DNA from: Planctomycetia bacterium
GTDB taxonomy: Bacteria; Planctomycetota; UBA8108; SXIK01
Direction: 5' to 3'
NCBI GenBank assembly: GCA_005772855.1
Contig: SXIK01000066.1
Location: 1,532 to 65,531 of the forward strand
Length of the DNA stretch: 64,000 nucleotides
Part shown: positions 1-9,833 of the stretch, piece by piece
How the letters are laid out: every line of letters begins with the position of its first letter
How positions within the stretch are numbered: the first letter of the stretch is position 1
The notes under the pieces: model-generated
Told to the model about the DNA's origin: nothing
Databases searched by the model: none
What the model saw: only the letters and a program-made list of their open reading frames with translations
Made by a program: the position numbers and the translations under genes

Positions 1-356
1 ACGCCGGCAGACTGGCTGCGCTCCATGACTTCTTCGACCGTGAAGCTTGGAAACCACAAGTCTTTCTCGCTGAAACCCGGGGCGAAGGGATATTTCGCAG
101 TGTCCGCACTCCAGACGTGCACGTGCCCGTCGACGATACCCGACTCGGCCTCGGGCGGCTGACTTCGGCCCTTCAAGTCGCGAGTACTGCCAAGAATACC
201 AGCCCCGGCGGCCAACGATGCCATGGAGGAAATCCAGCGACGACGCGTGTACGGCGGCCGTCCGGCTGCCAGGTCAGCATCCCGGGGATTGGACTGCTCC
301 GTTCGAGGGGACTTGCAGCCAAAATCGGCGATGCTGGAGGGATTGGTCTGGGTCAT
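1..356 (-). CDS. Amidohydrolase-2 family metal-dependent hydrolase, probably Tat-secreted; N-terminal portion only, the gene continues beyond the window start
   Basis: My own minus-strand translation; it is not in the ORF track because there is no stop in the window. The protein starts MTQTNPSS, carries a YTRRRWISSMASLAAGAG twin-arginine-like signal, then GIVDGHVHVWSADTAKYPFAPG, which resembles the Amidohydro_2 metal-binding N-terminal motif. The listed + ORF 117..380 is its antisense shadow. Confidence 0.45.
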   Translation of the reverse strand, partial: MTQTNPSSIADFGCKSPRTEQSNPRDADLAAGRPPYTRRRWISSMASLAAGAGILGSTRDLKGRSQPPEAESGIVDGHVHVWSADTAKYPFAPGFSEKDLWFPSFTVEEVMERSQSAG

Positions 357-455
357 GAGTCTGTAAAACCTTCACGGTGAAGCGCAATGCTTCGAGCAAC
401 GTTAACCTGAAATACTTATTGCTGGATTGCCCTCGGTCGGGACAAACACTCCAGC

Positions 456-1283
456 CTATATTCTCTTGAACATCTCAATGACCTTCTCGAGTGACTTGAT
501 CTCATAAATCTTCGGCATCATCTTCGCCTCCGATTCCTCCATTTCGCGAGAACGCCGAAGCACCGCTTCAATCTTGGATTGCGGGATGCACACGACCCCG
601 TCACGATCACCCACGATGTAATCGCCAGGAGAGACGGTCACACCTCCACAGACGACAGGGACACTGTGCGCCAGGCTGGTGGCGCGCCCGAGCAAGCTTG
701 CAGGGCTAATGCTGCGGCTGAAGACCGACAACCCCACGCCCTGGATCTGCTCGACGTCGCGCACGGCGCCGTCGACAACGACCCCTTCCATGCCTCTCAC
801 CTTGGCGGTCGTCGCCATCAATCCACCGAGTCCTGTAATATTCAGATCACCCATGGCCACGACCAAAATGTCCCCTGGACCCGACTTGTCGATGAGTTGC
901 ACTTCGTAGCGCGGCCCCAGGTTTTTTTCCGGCCCCCGCTCGCTTACGGGCCCGTACAGGACTGTCCTGGCTCGGCCCGCTATTCGACCCTGGAGATTCA
1001 CAGGGCGCATGTCGTGAGACATGAACCCACGGCTGGTGACAAGCTCATCAATAGCATCTGCCAGCGTTGCGGTGGGAATCTGACGGAGCTGAGCCAGGAT
1101 ATCCGGCTGCGCACTGGGCTCCTGCGTCTTGGGCTTCGGAGAATCAGCCTGTTGGGCCAGCAACTCCAGAGGGTTTAAACCAATAAATTTCATGCCCGAG
1201 AAGGACAGAACGGCTGTCAAAAGGACCAGCAACAGAACCCAGCGCCGCCGACTCTTCCCTGAATTCATGATTCCACTTTGCAT
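456..1283 (-). CDS. RraA-family protein (ribonuclease-activity regulator A / 4-hydroxy-4-methyl-2-oxoglutarate aldolase-like) with an N-terminal hydrophobic anchor or signal
   Basis: ORF 456..1295. Conserved RraA-like blocks GDILVVAMGD and GGLMATTAKVRGMEGVVVDGAVRD; hydrophobic N-terminus RRRWVLLLVLLTAVL. I moved the start to the second ATG (MQSGIM), which has a GGAGA-type RBS about 8 nt upstream. Confidence 0.7.
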   Translation of the reverse strand: MQSGIMNSGKSRRRWVLLLVLLTAVLSFSGMKFIGLNPLELLAQQADSPKPKTQEPSAQPDILAQLRQIPTATLADAIDELVTSRGFMSHDMRPVNLQGRIAGRARTVLYGPVSERGPEKNLGPRYEVQLIDKSGPGDILVVAMGDLNITGLGGLMATTAKVRGMEGVVVDGAVRDVEQIQGVGLSVFSRSISPASLLGRATSLAHSVPVVCGGVTVSPGDYIVGDRDGVVCIPQSKIEAVLRRSREMEESEAKMMPKIYEIKSLEKVIEMFKRI

Positions 1284-1386
1284 GCTTTTCTCCATTTTAC
1301 GAACCTGGAAATACTGAGGACGCCGTCTGGCGGCCGTTGCGGGGGAGGTTTCCCTCTCCCCCCGAGGAATAAAATATCGACGCTAC

Positions 1387-2517
1387 CTACTTCTTGGGGC
1401 CCAGCTTCGACTGCCTGTGGGCATCGCTTGCGGCATTGAGAGTGGCGAGGGCGCTCGGGGGCAGTTTCAGAAGGGTGCCGCGAAAGTTTTCCTCGACATG
1501 CTCCGGACTTTCGGCCCCGCCGAGGACACTGCTGACCTGCGGATGGGTCAAGACCCAGGCAATGCAGATTTGAGACCGAGTGGCACCCAACTCACTGGCC
1601 ACCTTGTCCATGGCCTGCACCAGTGGCACCATTTTCGCCTCCGGCACAGCTCCAGACGAAAGCTTGCCGGTGTCCTGGGGGCTGAAAGCCATGAGCCCAA
1701 TACCCGTCCGGCTGATAACTTCAAACATCTCGGGCTCGAGACGTTCGCGCATGGAGATGTTGTAACTATCCTCGATGCCTACAAAGGGAGCCCTGCCTGC
1801 TTTCTTGCCCAACTCATGAAACTCGACCACCCTCTCCGGCTTGTGATTGGAGACTCCCCAGTAGCGGATTTTCCCCGCACGGACAAGTGCGGTCATCGAA
1901 TCGGCAATATCAACGGCGGGAGTCACCTCGTCGGGGTTGTGGACCAAGTAAAGGTCAATATAGTCGGTACCCAAGTTCTTGAGACTGCCCTCTACCTTCT
2001 GGAGCAACACTTCGCGCGACAGCGGCAGTGAATCTCCAACCTTGTACTTGCTGGGATCAGGGTCGTTTGAGGGCGGGTGACTCGGGGTCACCTTCGTGCA
2101 GACAACAACCTTGTCGCGCCTGCCCGCGATTACTTTGCCGAGAACCTGCTCGGAGCCACCCCAACCGTAAGCCTCGGAGCTGTCGAAGAAGTTAATGCCC
2201 ACATCCAGGCAGCGTTGCAACACTTTCCGGGCTTCCGGGTTATCGGTGCGCGGGAGCTTTCGGAAGGCCGTGCCCTGACAGTACCGACTGACGCAGAGAT
2301 CCGAGGAGCCGAAACGCACGAGGCCTGGGGACGGGCAAGGTTTCTGGGTCTCGGCGGAGAGCAGACCACACCCTGGCTGGAGCGCACCCAAAAAGGCCGT
2401 ACCTGCCACAGCGCCCACCGATTTCAAGAAATCGCGCCGGTCGTGACCGCGCGCCAGACGCTCGACACTTTCAGCCGGCTGCGACGCCGCGTGGTCTTTG
2501 AACGATGAATCCGACAT
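1387..2517 (-). CDS. Aldo/keto reductase family oxidoreductase with a twin-arginine (Tat) signal peptide
   Basis: ORF 1387..2526. Tat motif DRRDFLKSVGAVAGTAFLGA; AKR blocks GINFFDSSEAYGWGGSEQVLGK and VVVCTKV. The first in-frame ATG is MSDSS; the ORF's initial codon is a GTG. Confidence 0.85.
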   Translation of the reverse strand: MSDSSFKDHAASQPAESVERLARGHDRRDFLKSVGAVAGTAFLGALQPGCGLLSAETQKPCPSPGLVRFGSSDLCVSRYCQGTAFRKLPRTDNPEARKVLQRCLDVGINFFDSSEAYGWGGSEQVLGKVIAGRRDKVVVCTKVTPSHPPSNDPDPSKYKVGDSLPLSREVLLQKVEGSLKNLGTDYIDLYLVHNPDEVTPAVDIADSMTALVRAGKIRYWGVSNHKPERVVEFHELGKKAGRAPFVGIEDSYNISMRERLEPEMFEVISRTGIGLMAFSPQDTGKLSSGAVPEAKMVPLVQAMDKVASELGATRSQICIAWVLTHPQVSSVLGGAESPEHVEENFRGTLLKLPPSALATLNAASDAHRQSKLGPKK

Positions 2518-2833
2518 CGGGCGCACCTCGCGAATTTGTGACTGGTTTCAAACCTGGGGAAACTGAACGTGCCATGCCCCATGACACCTCAGACTGGACA
2601 TTCCTGATCAGAAGGCAAAGACACCCACACTCCGTACGGCTGTCCGGGTCGACTTGTCGGTGTTAAGCCGCTTGCTTCATCACCAGAAAAAGTGAGGTCC
2701 ACCGCGTGGCGGCCGTAAAAACTACGTCTATTTTTGAAACAGGATAATGGGGAAACTCGATGCCCTGCAAGGGAAAAGGAGCCGAGCCCAAGTCGAGTTC
2801 CCCAGCTCAGCTCACGTACAGCCCCGCAACGGG

Positions 2834-5704
2834 CTACTCTGCCACCACTCTCGCCTCGCCCCAGTCGGCAAGGTCGTCGTTGGAACCATCACCGGCACCC
2901 TCGACGAGCAGGCTCAGAGTCTTGCCGCCACGGATCGGCACGCTCAGAGGCATGGGCCCATTCGAACCGCCACGCACGACGGGACTGCGATATCGCTCCT
3001 CCCCGTCGACGAGCACGACGAAGACCACGCTCCCCTCAAAACGTGAGGCATCGTCCACACCAACGAGCGCCTCAAAACTCAGATAGAGTCCGTCAATCCT
3101 GTAGTCCACACGAGATGGCGACCGCGTCCCGAGTCCACGCGACAGCTTCCTACCTCCGACGGAGAGCGGGCCATTGGTCGCCGAACGGCGCCTGAAAAGC
3201 GCCTCGACATCGCGGCCCGGTGTGGCAATGCTCCATGCGTCAAGGTACGCATCCCTGGCTGTAGGAAACGAGAAGGCCATCGGAGCCGTCCTCTGGCCGC
3301 CTGGCAGCGTCGAGACTGCGTAGGAGCATGAACCGCCCGGCAGCACTTCGGAATCCATGAACACGCTGCCCGTGGTGCGACCCAACTCCTTCCCATTCCG
3401 CCACACAATGAAACGTTCGACATCACGCCAGCCGTCAAGCCCCTCGCCCATGCGCCACGACAGGATCGGCCGCCTTTCACCCTCGTCAAACCCAATGCGT
3501 AGATCGGTCGGCGGCTCCAAGCTTGCCACTGCCCTCAGTGGACCCGCCTGAGTGAATCTCACGAGAAAGCTCACGCGGTCGCCGCCACTGGCACTCACCC
3601 GGAGTATGAGATGCCCTCTCACGGTGCTGAACTGCACAATGCCAGGCTCTGCCGTGGCGTTCAAGACGCCGTCCCCTGGCCTCAAGGCGACATGGACTCG
3701 CGCCTCCTTCGCACTCTGCATTTCGCGGGGAAAGGTGAGGGCGCCGCGAAGCTCGGAGCGGGCAGGGTCCCACACAACGCCGTCGAGCTGCACCGCGGTC
3801 GCAAGGTAATGCCCCGACACGGCGACAACTTGCGGATGTTCCTTCTCCGCATGAAGGGCTACGAGGCGAGATCGGCCCGGGAGAAGCAAGACATCGAGCC
3901 GGCTTCGAACAAGTCCCACAAAACGCTCCTCCACGACGTCGAAGCCAAGAAATCGTCCCGAAGGGGCGGTGCCGAGACCCAGTTCCCGGGGAACAATGGC
4001 CAGGCTTGCGGACGAGAGGCTCTCCAGGTTGAAGAGGCCCACGAGGTCTCCCCCCTGCGGCAGCTTCAAGTCCCACACCGCAGGCACAGCCTGCATCCGG
4101 AAGAAGTCGATGGGCACGATGGGAAAAGGAGGCCAGGCGGGACGGAAAAGCTCCTCCGCCCACGCCGGCGACTTCACGCTGCCATCGTGCAGGATTCCCC
4201 GCCCCGTCAAGGCGGCAAAGAGTACGCGGCTTCGATCCAACTCTTTTCTCTCCTCGTCGCTTCGGCCCTCGCTCCAGGCCGTCCAGGGAAAACACTCGCT
4301 GAGCCACGAGCGACGATGGAGCCAATAGGCCGCCGTTGTCGCCATGACTTCCTCGAGCAGAGGATCCACTCGACCCAGGCCTTCGGGGCGGCCAGGCCTT
4401 GCTGAGTCGAGGCTGCCAGACAACTCCAGAGGCGTGCCCCAGTCGCCCGCGAAGAAGGATCCCTCGCCCGCACCCTCTCGCATTGCAAGGATAGAGGCTC
4501 CCAGCGCCAACGCCGGGTCCCTGCTCGAATCCGAAAGGTTTCGCCGCTCGCGGAGGTAAAAGGTAAGCGCGTCTTTGAGTCCACCGAGGCGAAAAATCAA
4601 GGCTCCGTTCTCGCGCAAGCCCCGAAAAAGCTCCTTCAAGTAGTCGACTCCGGACCGGGAGGTGGCGTCGACGACGTAACGACCGAGGAACCCGCCGTGC
4701 ACGGCCGCGCCCGCCTTGTCCCTCACGAAGGCCTCTGGCCGCTCGCGGAAGACTTTCTCCTCGCCTTGACCATGAGGCACAAGCCAGAGCGCGGGGCTGA
4801 AGTCGGCTTCCTTGAGACTCGAAAGATCTCTCGCGATGGCAAGCCATCGCTCCACATCATCCTTGCCAGAACCCAGGGGCCACTTGCGATTCAATCCCCC
4901 AAACGCCGTTCCACCCGACTTGCCCTGCCAACCGTCACCGATCTCGAGCAAGCGTCCAAAACAAGCCATTGGCGGAAGCTTCAGGGTCTCACGAACGAGG
5001 TCTTTCCCGCCCGGAAGGCTCCAGCCAGCAAGGTGGCTGACGGAACCAGAATCCAGGACAGGCTCTCTCGGGGCGGGGAAAGCAGCTTCGATCCTTCGGC
5101 ACGAAAAGACGGCGATCTCCTTGCCCCTGGGAATCCGCCCTGCAATACGCATCTTTCGCCCCTCCGCCTTCAGGAACGTCAAGCCCGAGAACGTGAGGCC
5201 GTGAAAGACACCGCTGAAGTCAAGGCCAACGCGGCCTTGCGGATCAAGGAGCCCGGTGGCGACATCCGCGCCGCTCCCCCGAAAGCTCAGGAAAACAACC
5301 CCTTCGACCCCCCGCGACGCGAAACGAACGGGTGCCGCGCCCTCGAAGCCGGGAAACGCGGTCTCAATCTCGATGGTCATCGCGCCGCTTTCAGGGTCCG
5401 AGAGGAGGAGGCCTGTCACCACGGAAGCCTCCTGGCCTTCGGCCCCTGGCTTCAAGAAACGAAGAGTCAGATCCCCCGCAACTCCGACGCTGAAAGATGA
5501 ATCGAGCGAGATCGCAATCGGTTGTCCCAAGTGAATCACTCTCAAGCGTCCGGCCCCCCAGGGCAAGACACCTGGCGGAAATGGCTTCCAGCCCTCCTCC
5601 GCCGATATCCGCGCCGTCAAATCCGTGGCTGACGACTCGGCCCGGAGCGCGAAGAGAGGAGCCAGCGCGAATAGACACGCCGACACGATTCGGTTTCTTT
5701 TCAC
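2834..5704 (-). CDS. Secreted 956-aa glycoside-hydrolase-like protein with a C-terminal NPCBM/NEW3-like carbohydrate-binding module
   Basis: Signal peptide MKRNRIVSACLFALAPLFALRA. The C-terminal roughly 150 aa (YRIDGLYLSFEALVGVDDASRFEGSVVFVVLVDGEERYRSP...GKTLSLLVEGAGDGSNDDLADWGEARV) fits the NPCBM domain pattern, which accompanies GH27/GH36/GH31-type enzymes. The central region is compatible with a (beta/alpha)8 hydrolase, but I cannot assign a family by eye. Confidence 0.65.
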   Translation of the reverse strand: MKRNRIVSACLFALAPLFALRAESSATDLTARISAEEGWKPFPPGVLPWGAGRLRVIHLGQPIAISLDSSFSVGVAGDLTLRFLKPGAEGQEASVVTGLLLSDPESGAMTIEIETAFPGFEGAAPVRFASRGVEGVVFLSFRGSGADVATGLLDPQGRVGLDFSGVFHGLTFSGLTFLKAEGRKMRIAGRIPRGKEIAVFSCRRIEAAFPAPREPVLDSGSVSHLAGWSLPGGKDLVRETLKLPPMACFGRLLEIGDGWQGKSGGTAFGGLNRKWPLGSGKDDVERWLAIARDLSSLKEADFSPALWLVPHGQGEEKVFRERPEAFVRDKAGAAVHGGFLGRYVVDATSRSGVDYLKELFRGLRENGALIFRLGGLKDALTFYLRERRNLSDSSRDPALALGASILAMREGAGEGSFFAGDWGTPLELSGSLDSARPGRPEGLGRVDPLLEEVMATTAAYWLHRRSWLSECFPWTAWSEGRSDEERKELDRSRVLFAALTGRGILHDGSVKSPAWAEELFRPAWPPFPIVPIDFFRMQAVPAVWDLKLPQGGDLVGLFNLESLSSASLAIVPRELGLGTAPSGRFLGFDVVEERFVGLVRSRLDVLLLPGRSRLVALHAEKEHPQVVAVSGHYLATAVQLDGVVWDPARSELRGALTFPREMQSAKEARVHVALRPGDGVLNATAEPGIVQFSTVRGHLILRVSASGGDRVSFLVRFTQAGPLRAVASLEPPTDLRIGFDEGERRPILSWRMGEGLDGWRDVERFIVWRNGKELGRTTGSVFMDSEVLPGGSCSYAVSTLPGGQRTAPMAFSFPTARDAYLDAWSIATPGRDVEALFRRRSATNGPLSVGGRKLSRGLGTRSPSRVDYRIDGLYLSFEALVGVDDASRFEGSVVFVVLVDGEERYRSPVVRGGSNGPMPLSVPIRGGKTLSLLVEGAGDGSNDDLADWGEARVVAE

Positions 5705-6135
5705 AACTTCGATATCTCGTCAAAAAACTGATCGGCCAGGGACCGAGCAGCACCCTGAATAAGCTGGGAGCCCATCGAGGCAATGAGGCCGCTCAGGTGG
5801 GCATTGCTCTCATAGATGAGCTCGGTCTTCAAGCCTTCCGCTGCAGACATGAGACGAACGACCGTCACACCCTCGACGGACCCGCTGAATCCCTTCGCGT
5901 AGAGCTCGAATCGATAACCTTCTCCCTCCACGACGTCCTTTAGCTCGGCCTCGCCGCGAAAGCGACTGCGGATAAGCCCGACGCCAACCCTGATTGACAC
6001 CCGGAATCGCCGCGGGCCGATCTCCTGAAACTCTTCGCACCTCGGCAGGCACTTCCTGAGAATCTCGGGATCTATCAGGAGTCGCCAGAGGTCTGCGGGC
6101 GTTCGATTTACCAGGACCTGGCCGTTCACTTTCAT
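5701..6135 (-). CDS. CoxG-like SRPBCC-fold protein (carbon-monoxide-dehydrogenase subunit G family)
   Basis: ORF 5701..6261, trimmed to MKVNGQVLVNRTPADLWRLLIDPEILRKCLP.... Typical CoxG start and length (about 145 aa). The start lies about 5 nt downstream of the FAD-subunit stop. Confidence 0.8.
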   Translation of the reverse strand: MKVNGQVLVNRTPADLWRLLIDPEILRKCLPRCEEFQEIGPRRFRVSIRVGVGLIRSRFRGEAELKDVVEGEGYRFELYAKGFSGSVEGVTVVRLMSAAEGLKTELIYESNAHLSGLIASMGSQLIQGAARSLADQFFDEISKL

Positions 6136-6139
6136 CGAA

Positions 6140-7003
6140 TCACACTCCAATCCTCGAGATCGCCTTGCGCAGAGCTCTCGCGGTGCAGACGTCAGCGAGG
6201 TGCGAACGGTATTCGGCCGAAGCGGCGCCGTCCGACAAAATTTCCCTGCCGAGAGCAACACCTCGAATCATTTCAGCGAAAGCTCCAGGCAACGGCTCAC
6301 GACCCAGAAGCTGCTCCTCGATGACCGCCAGCCGAAAAGCTCTCTCCGCCACGCCAGTAACGCCGATTCTCGCACTGGCAATGCGCCCATCTTCCACCAA
6401 AATCTGCGCCGCAACGCCGGCCAGCGCGAAGCCGCTGGCGACATGGCGAACCCTGACGTAAGCCGCCGTCCGTGCCCAGCTGCGGGGCACATCGATCGCG
6501 AGTACGAGCTCATCGGGCTCGAGAGCCGTCTCGAAAGCACCCTGAATGAAGCCTTCGACCGGGACGGAACGTTCACCGCGTGGGCTCGCCACCACGACTT
6601 GCGCCTCGAGCGCAAGCAATGCGGCTGGATAGTCCGACGCAGGATCCGCCTGGCACACGGAACCGACAAGGGTCCCAAAATTTCGTACCTGAGCGTCCCC
6701 GACTTGTGACGCAACCTCCGCCAGGAGTGGAGATCGCCCTCTGGCAAGCTCCGAAATCTCGAGGTCGCGATGGGTAACAAGCGCTCCAATTCGTAGACCA
6801 CCATCCTCGAAGGGATCGATAGCAGAAAGGCCCGCCATGCGCCTCAGATCAAGGAGCACCTTCGGGCAGACCTCCCCCTGTTTCATTGCCGGAATAAGGC
6901 TGTGTCCGCCGGCAAGGACTTTCACGTCCTCTCGGTACTTGGCGAGCAGCTCGAGCGCCTCCTCAACCGACAGCGGCGACCTGTACTCGAAGGCCGGAAG
7001 CAT
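6140..7003 (-). CDS. Molybdenum hydroxylase FAD-binding (medium, CoxM/XdhB-like) subunit
   Basis: ORF 6140..7027. FAD-binding fold blocks FEYRSPLSVEEALELLA, VKVLAGGHSLIPAMK and the CO_deh_flav_C-like C-terminus. Start set to MLPAFEY, which overlaps the large-subunit stop in ATGA fashion. Confidence 0.85.
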   Translation of the reverse strand: MLPAFEYRSPLSVEEALELLAKYREDVKVLAGGHSLIPAMKQGEVCPKVLLDLRRMAGLSAIDPFEDGGLRIGALVTHRDLEISELARGRSPLLAEVASQVGDAQVRNFGTLVGSVCQADPASDYPAALLALEAQVVVASPRGERSVPVEGFIQGAFETALEPDELVLAIDVPRSWARTAAYVRVRHVASGFALAGVAAQILVEDGRIASARIGVTGVAERAFRLAVIEEQLLGREPLPGAFAEMIRGVALGREILSDGAASAEYRSHLADVCTARALRKAISRIGV

Positions 7004-9336
7004 CAGGCGCCTCCCGTCCCGCGGCACGAGCGAACGATGCGCCAGATCTTCTCGGGCGTCGCTGGAGGATCCACGTGAAGAACGCCCAGCGGACGCAGGG
7101 CATCGACAACCGCATTCATGACGGAGGCAAATGCGGCCATCGTGACCGTGTCACCGAGGCCCTTGGCCCCAAGCGGGTTGAGCGTGGTCGGTGTCGGCAG
7201 GCTTGAAATATCAAATCGAGGCACCCCCTGAGCCCTGGAGACGGGGCGTTCCATGAAAGTCCGCTGAAGGGGCTGGCCATCGTCACCCCGGGGAGACCCG
7301 GCCAGAAGCGCGAGCTCAATGCCGAGTGCAATTCCGCCGCGCACTTGCGCCTCGACCAGGGCCGGGTCAAGCTCCCGGCCAAGGTCTCGGACATTACAAC
7401 AACGCTCAACGGAGACTTCACCCGTTTCAGAATCGATGACGACCTGAGCCACGTGAATGGAAATCGGATGTGTCGAGCCTTGCGGCTCGAATACGAACGT
7501 TTCCTCAAGCAATGGCGAGGATCCTGGCTCGAGCTGACTGGCCCCATGGGCAAGAAGACAAAGATCTCGGTAGCTGACCCTGCGGCTGCCCGAGACAAAG
7601 TCGGCGCCATCTCGGTCGACGTACTCGACAGAAGTGCACAAAATGCCGGCCGCCACGCCACGAAGCCTTCGCTCAAGCGCGCGTGCGGCGCCCAGTACAG
7701 CAGAGCCGGTTGTCGCGATCGAACGCCCGCCGAATGAGCCGACTCCAGCTCGCATCGTCTGGGTGTCAGCACGCCCCACGCGTACAGCGTCCGCCTTGAC
7801 CCCCAAGGCATGGGCTGCGATCCGTGCCAATACAGTCTCGTGCCCCTCGCCACAGGCCAGTCCGCCCGTGAAGACCTCCGCCGAACCGTCCGCACTGACA
7901 TGAACCGTGGCGGCCTCCCAGGCCGGCCCGCCGGTCTCCCTGGAGGGCCCCTGCGCCCCGATCCCGACCAGGAGCGCAACTCCCAGGCCCACAAGCTCCC
8001 CCTTGCGACGCCGCGAGCTTGTCTCGTGCCTCAAAACGGCATACTGCGAACGCTCCACCGCCCTGTCAACGAGGCGGGAAAAGTCGCCGGAGTCGTAGCG
8101 AGCACGGGTCACGGTGGTCGCGGGAAGCTCCCTGAAGAGGTTCAGGCGCCGAACCTCCACGCAATCGAGCTCGAGGGCCGCTGCAACGAGGTCCATGGCT
8201 CGCTCGATGATGTAGCCCGCGCCACAGGCGCCCGCCCCGTGGCACGAAGTGGCGGGCGGGTTATTGGTGAAGACCGCCGTCACGGCCATCCGCGCTGCAG
8301 GGATCTGATAGGCGCCACACAGAAGCGTCCCCTCCGCAGAAGGATTGTGTCCAGGAACGATTGGAAGGTACGCGCCAACATCATCGATGCCGTCGTAGGA
8401 GATCGAGAGCAATCGGCCGTCTTCCCGCACCCCCACCTTGAGTTCGCCGGAAGTGGCGCGGGCCTGTGTCGAGAAGGCCAGGCTCTCTTCCCTCGTCTCA
8501 ATCCACTGAACCGGCCGCGGCGCGACGATACGAGCTATCGCGCAGACGACCAGTTCCTCCGGCGTGGCCCCGAGCTTCGAGCCAAACGCGCCGCCGACAT
8601 CGGGAGTGAAGACCCGCACGGCACTCTGGGGGAGCCGCATTGCGCCCGCAAGCTGTGCGCGCAGGAAGTGTGGAGACTCGGTCGAGCTCCAGACCTCAAG
8701 CCGCTTCTCACTCTCGAGCCACCGGGCAACAACACCTCGCGTCTCGAGAGGCGCTGGATGGTATCGAGGCCTGGCAATTCGGTGCGTGAGGACGCGATCG
8801 GCCTTCCGGAAGCCCTCTTCAGTGTCACCACCGGAGACGACGAACTGGTAGGCCACGTTGCCCCCGAGCGAGACATGCACGCAAGGAACGCGCTGAAGCA
8901 GCGCGGATTCTGGCTCCAGTATCCCTGGAAGCGGCTCGAGGTTCACCTCGAGCCCTTCCGCCGCTTTCCGAGCCTCGGCGACAGACTCGGCGACGACAGC
9001 CGCCAGCGGCTCCCCCGCAAAACGAGCCTCCCACTGCGCAAGCGCAGGGCGAGGAGGGCACCGAGTGTTCGGCGGAAGCGGACCGATCCATTCGAGAGGG
9101 TCACACACGAAGGCAAGCTCCGTGTGGGTAAAGACGCCCACGACGCCCGGCGACGCGGACGCTGCGGGAGTTTCGATCGAGCGGATCCGCGCGTGGGCTT
9201 CCAGGCTCCGGACCAGGTGCACGTGGAGAACCTCAGGGGGACGCAGATCCGCAATGAAAAGCCCACAGCCCGACACAAGACGCGGCCCTTCCTCAAGCCC
9301 GGTGCTCTCCCCTTCGATTCGTGCGTTGGTACTCAC
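7003..9336 (-). CDS. Molybdopterin-binding large subunit of a xanthine dehydrogenase/aldehyde oxidase/CoxL-family hydroxylase
   Basis: 777 aa. Ald_Xan_dh N-terminus (RIEGESTGLEEGPRLVSGCGLFIADLRPPEVLHV), GGAFGSK motif and a long molybdopterin-binding domain. I did not find a CODH form-I (AYXCSFR) or form-II (AYRGAGR) active-site loop, so the substrate is unassigned. Confidence 0.9.
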   Translation of the reverse strand: MSTNARIEGESTGLEEGPRLVSGCGLFIADLRPPEVLHVHLVRSLEAHARIRSIETPAASASPGVVGVFTHTELAFVCDPLEWIGPLPPNTRCPPRPALAQWEARFAGEPLAAVVAESVAEARKAAEGLEVNLEPLPGILEPESALLQRVPCVHVSLGGNVAYQFVVSGGDTEEGFRKADRVLTHRIARPRYHPAPLETRGVVARWLESEKRLEVWSSTESPHFLRAQLAGAMRLPQSAVRVFTPDVGGAFGSKLGATPEELVVCAIARIVAPRPVQWIETREESLAFSTQARATSGELKVGVREDGRLLSISYDGIDDVGAYLPIVPGHNPSAEGTLLCGAYQIPAARMAVTAVFTNNPPATSCHGAGACGAGYIIERAMDLVAAALELDCVEVRRLNLFRELPATTVTRARYDSGDFSRLVDRAVERSQYAVLRHETSSRRRKGELVGLGVALLVGIGAQGPSRETGGPAWEAATVHVSADGSAEVFTGGLACGEGHETVLARIAAHALGVKADAVRVGRADTQTMRAGVGSFGGRSIATTGSAVLGAARALERRLRGVAAGILCTSVEYVDRDGADFVSGSRRVSYRDLCLLAHGASQLEPGSSPLLEETFVFEPQGSTHPISIHVAQVVIDSETGEVSVERCCNVRDLGRELDPALVEAQVRGGIALGIELALLAGSPRGDDGQPLQRTFMERPVSRAQGVPRFDISSLPTPTTLNPLGAKGLGDTVTMAAFASVMNAVVDALRPLGVLHVDPPATPEKIWRIVRSCRGTGGA

Positions 9337-9833
9337 AATTCTGCCGTTGCGCCGTCACGAAGATCTCGCACTGGAGCGGCAGCCAGGGAACGGACGGCGT
9401 CCACTATTGGCTGATAGCCCGTGCATCGACAAAACACACCCTCCAGTGAACGGCGAACCTCGTCTTCGCCGGCGACCGGCTTTCGCTCAAGGCACTCCTT
9501 CGCCGCCAACACGACTCCGGAAGCGCAGAAGCCGCAGGTGAGGGCGCACTCCTTCAGAAGTGCCGACTGAACGGGGTGCAAATTTCCGTCAACAAGAAGG
9601 CCTTCAAGGGTCGTCACTTGAGCCCCGTCCGCCTGAACCGCCAGGCGAGTGCAGGCCTTCAAGGTCAGACCATCGAGGGTGACAAGACAGGCGCCACATT
9701 GCGAGGTCTCGCAACCCACATGGGTACCGAACAACCCCAGATGGTCCCGGAGAAAGTCTACGAGCAGGGTCCGCGCCTCAACTTCTCTTCGGTAAGCGCG
9801 ACCGTTCACGCTGACGGCCACCGGATACTTCAT
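9333..9833 (-). CDS. [2Fe-2S]-binding small subunit (CoxS/XdhC-like) of the molybdenum hydroxylase
   Basis: Plant-type ferredoxin cysteines (CETSQCGACLV) plus a second cluster motif (CGFCASG...CRCTGY). It overlaps the large-subunit start by 4 nt, giving the operon order S-L-M-G. Confidence 0.9.
   Translation of the reverse strand: MKYPVAVSVNGRAYRREVEARTLLVDFLRDHLGLFGTHVGCETSQCGACLVTLDGLTLKACTRLAVQADGAQVTTLEGLLVDGNLHPVQSALLKECALTCGFCASGVVLAAKECLERKPVAGEDEVRRSLEGVFCRCTGYQPIVDAVRSLAAAPVRDLRDGATAEL

Noticed and set aside
3486-4847. Long antisense or overlapping ORFs throughout the window. Examples are 3486..4847, 7810..9414, 11903..13279, 14399..15460, 25182..26210, 25972..27153, 45700..46560, 57324..57962 and 61009..62499, plus many of 60-300 aa.
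   Set aside because: They lie opposite or out of frame to ORFs with clear domain content. Their translations are Arg/Gly/Pro/Ala-rich low-complexity sequence, typical of a 65% GC genome, and they show no motif, RBS or plausible start. I treat them as shadow ORFs.
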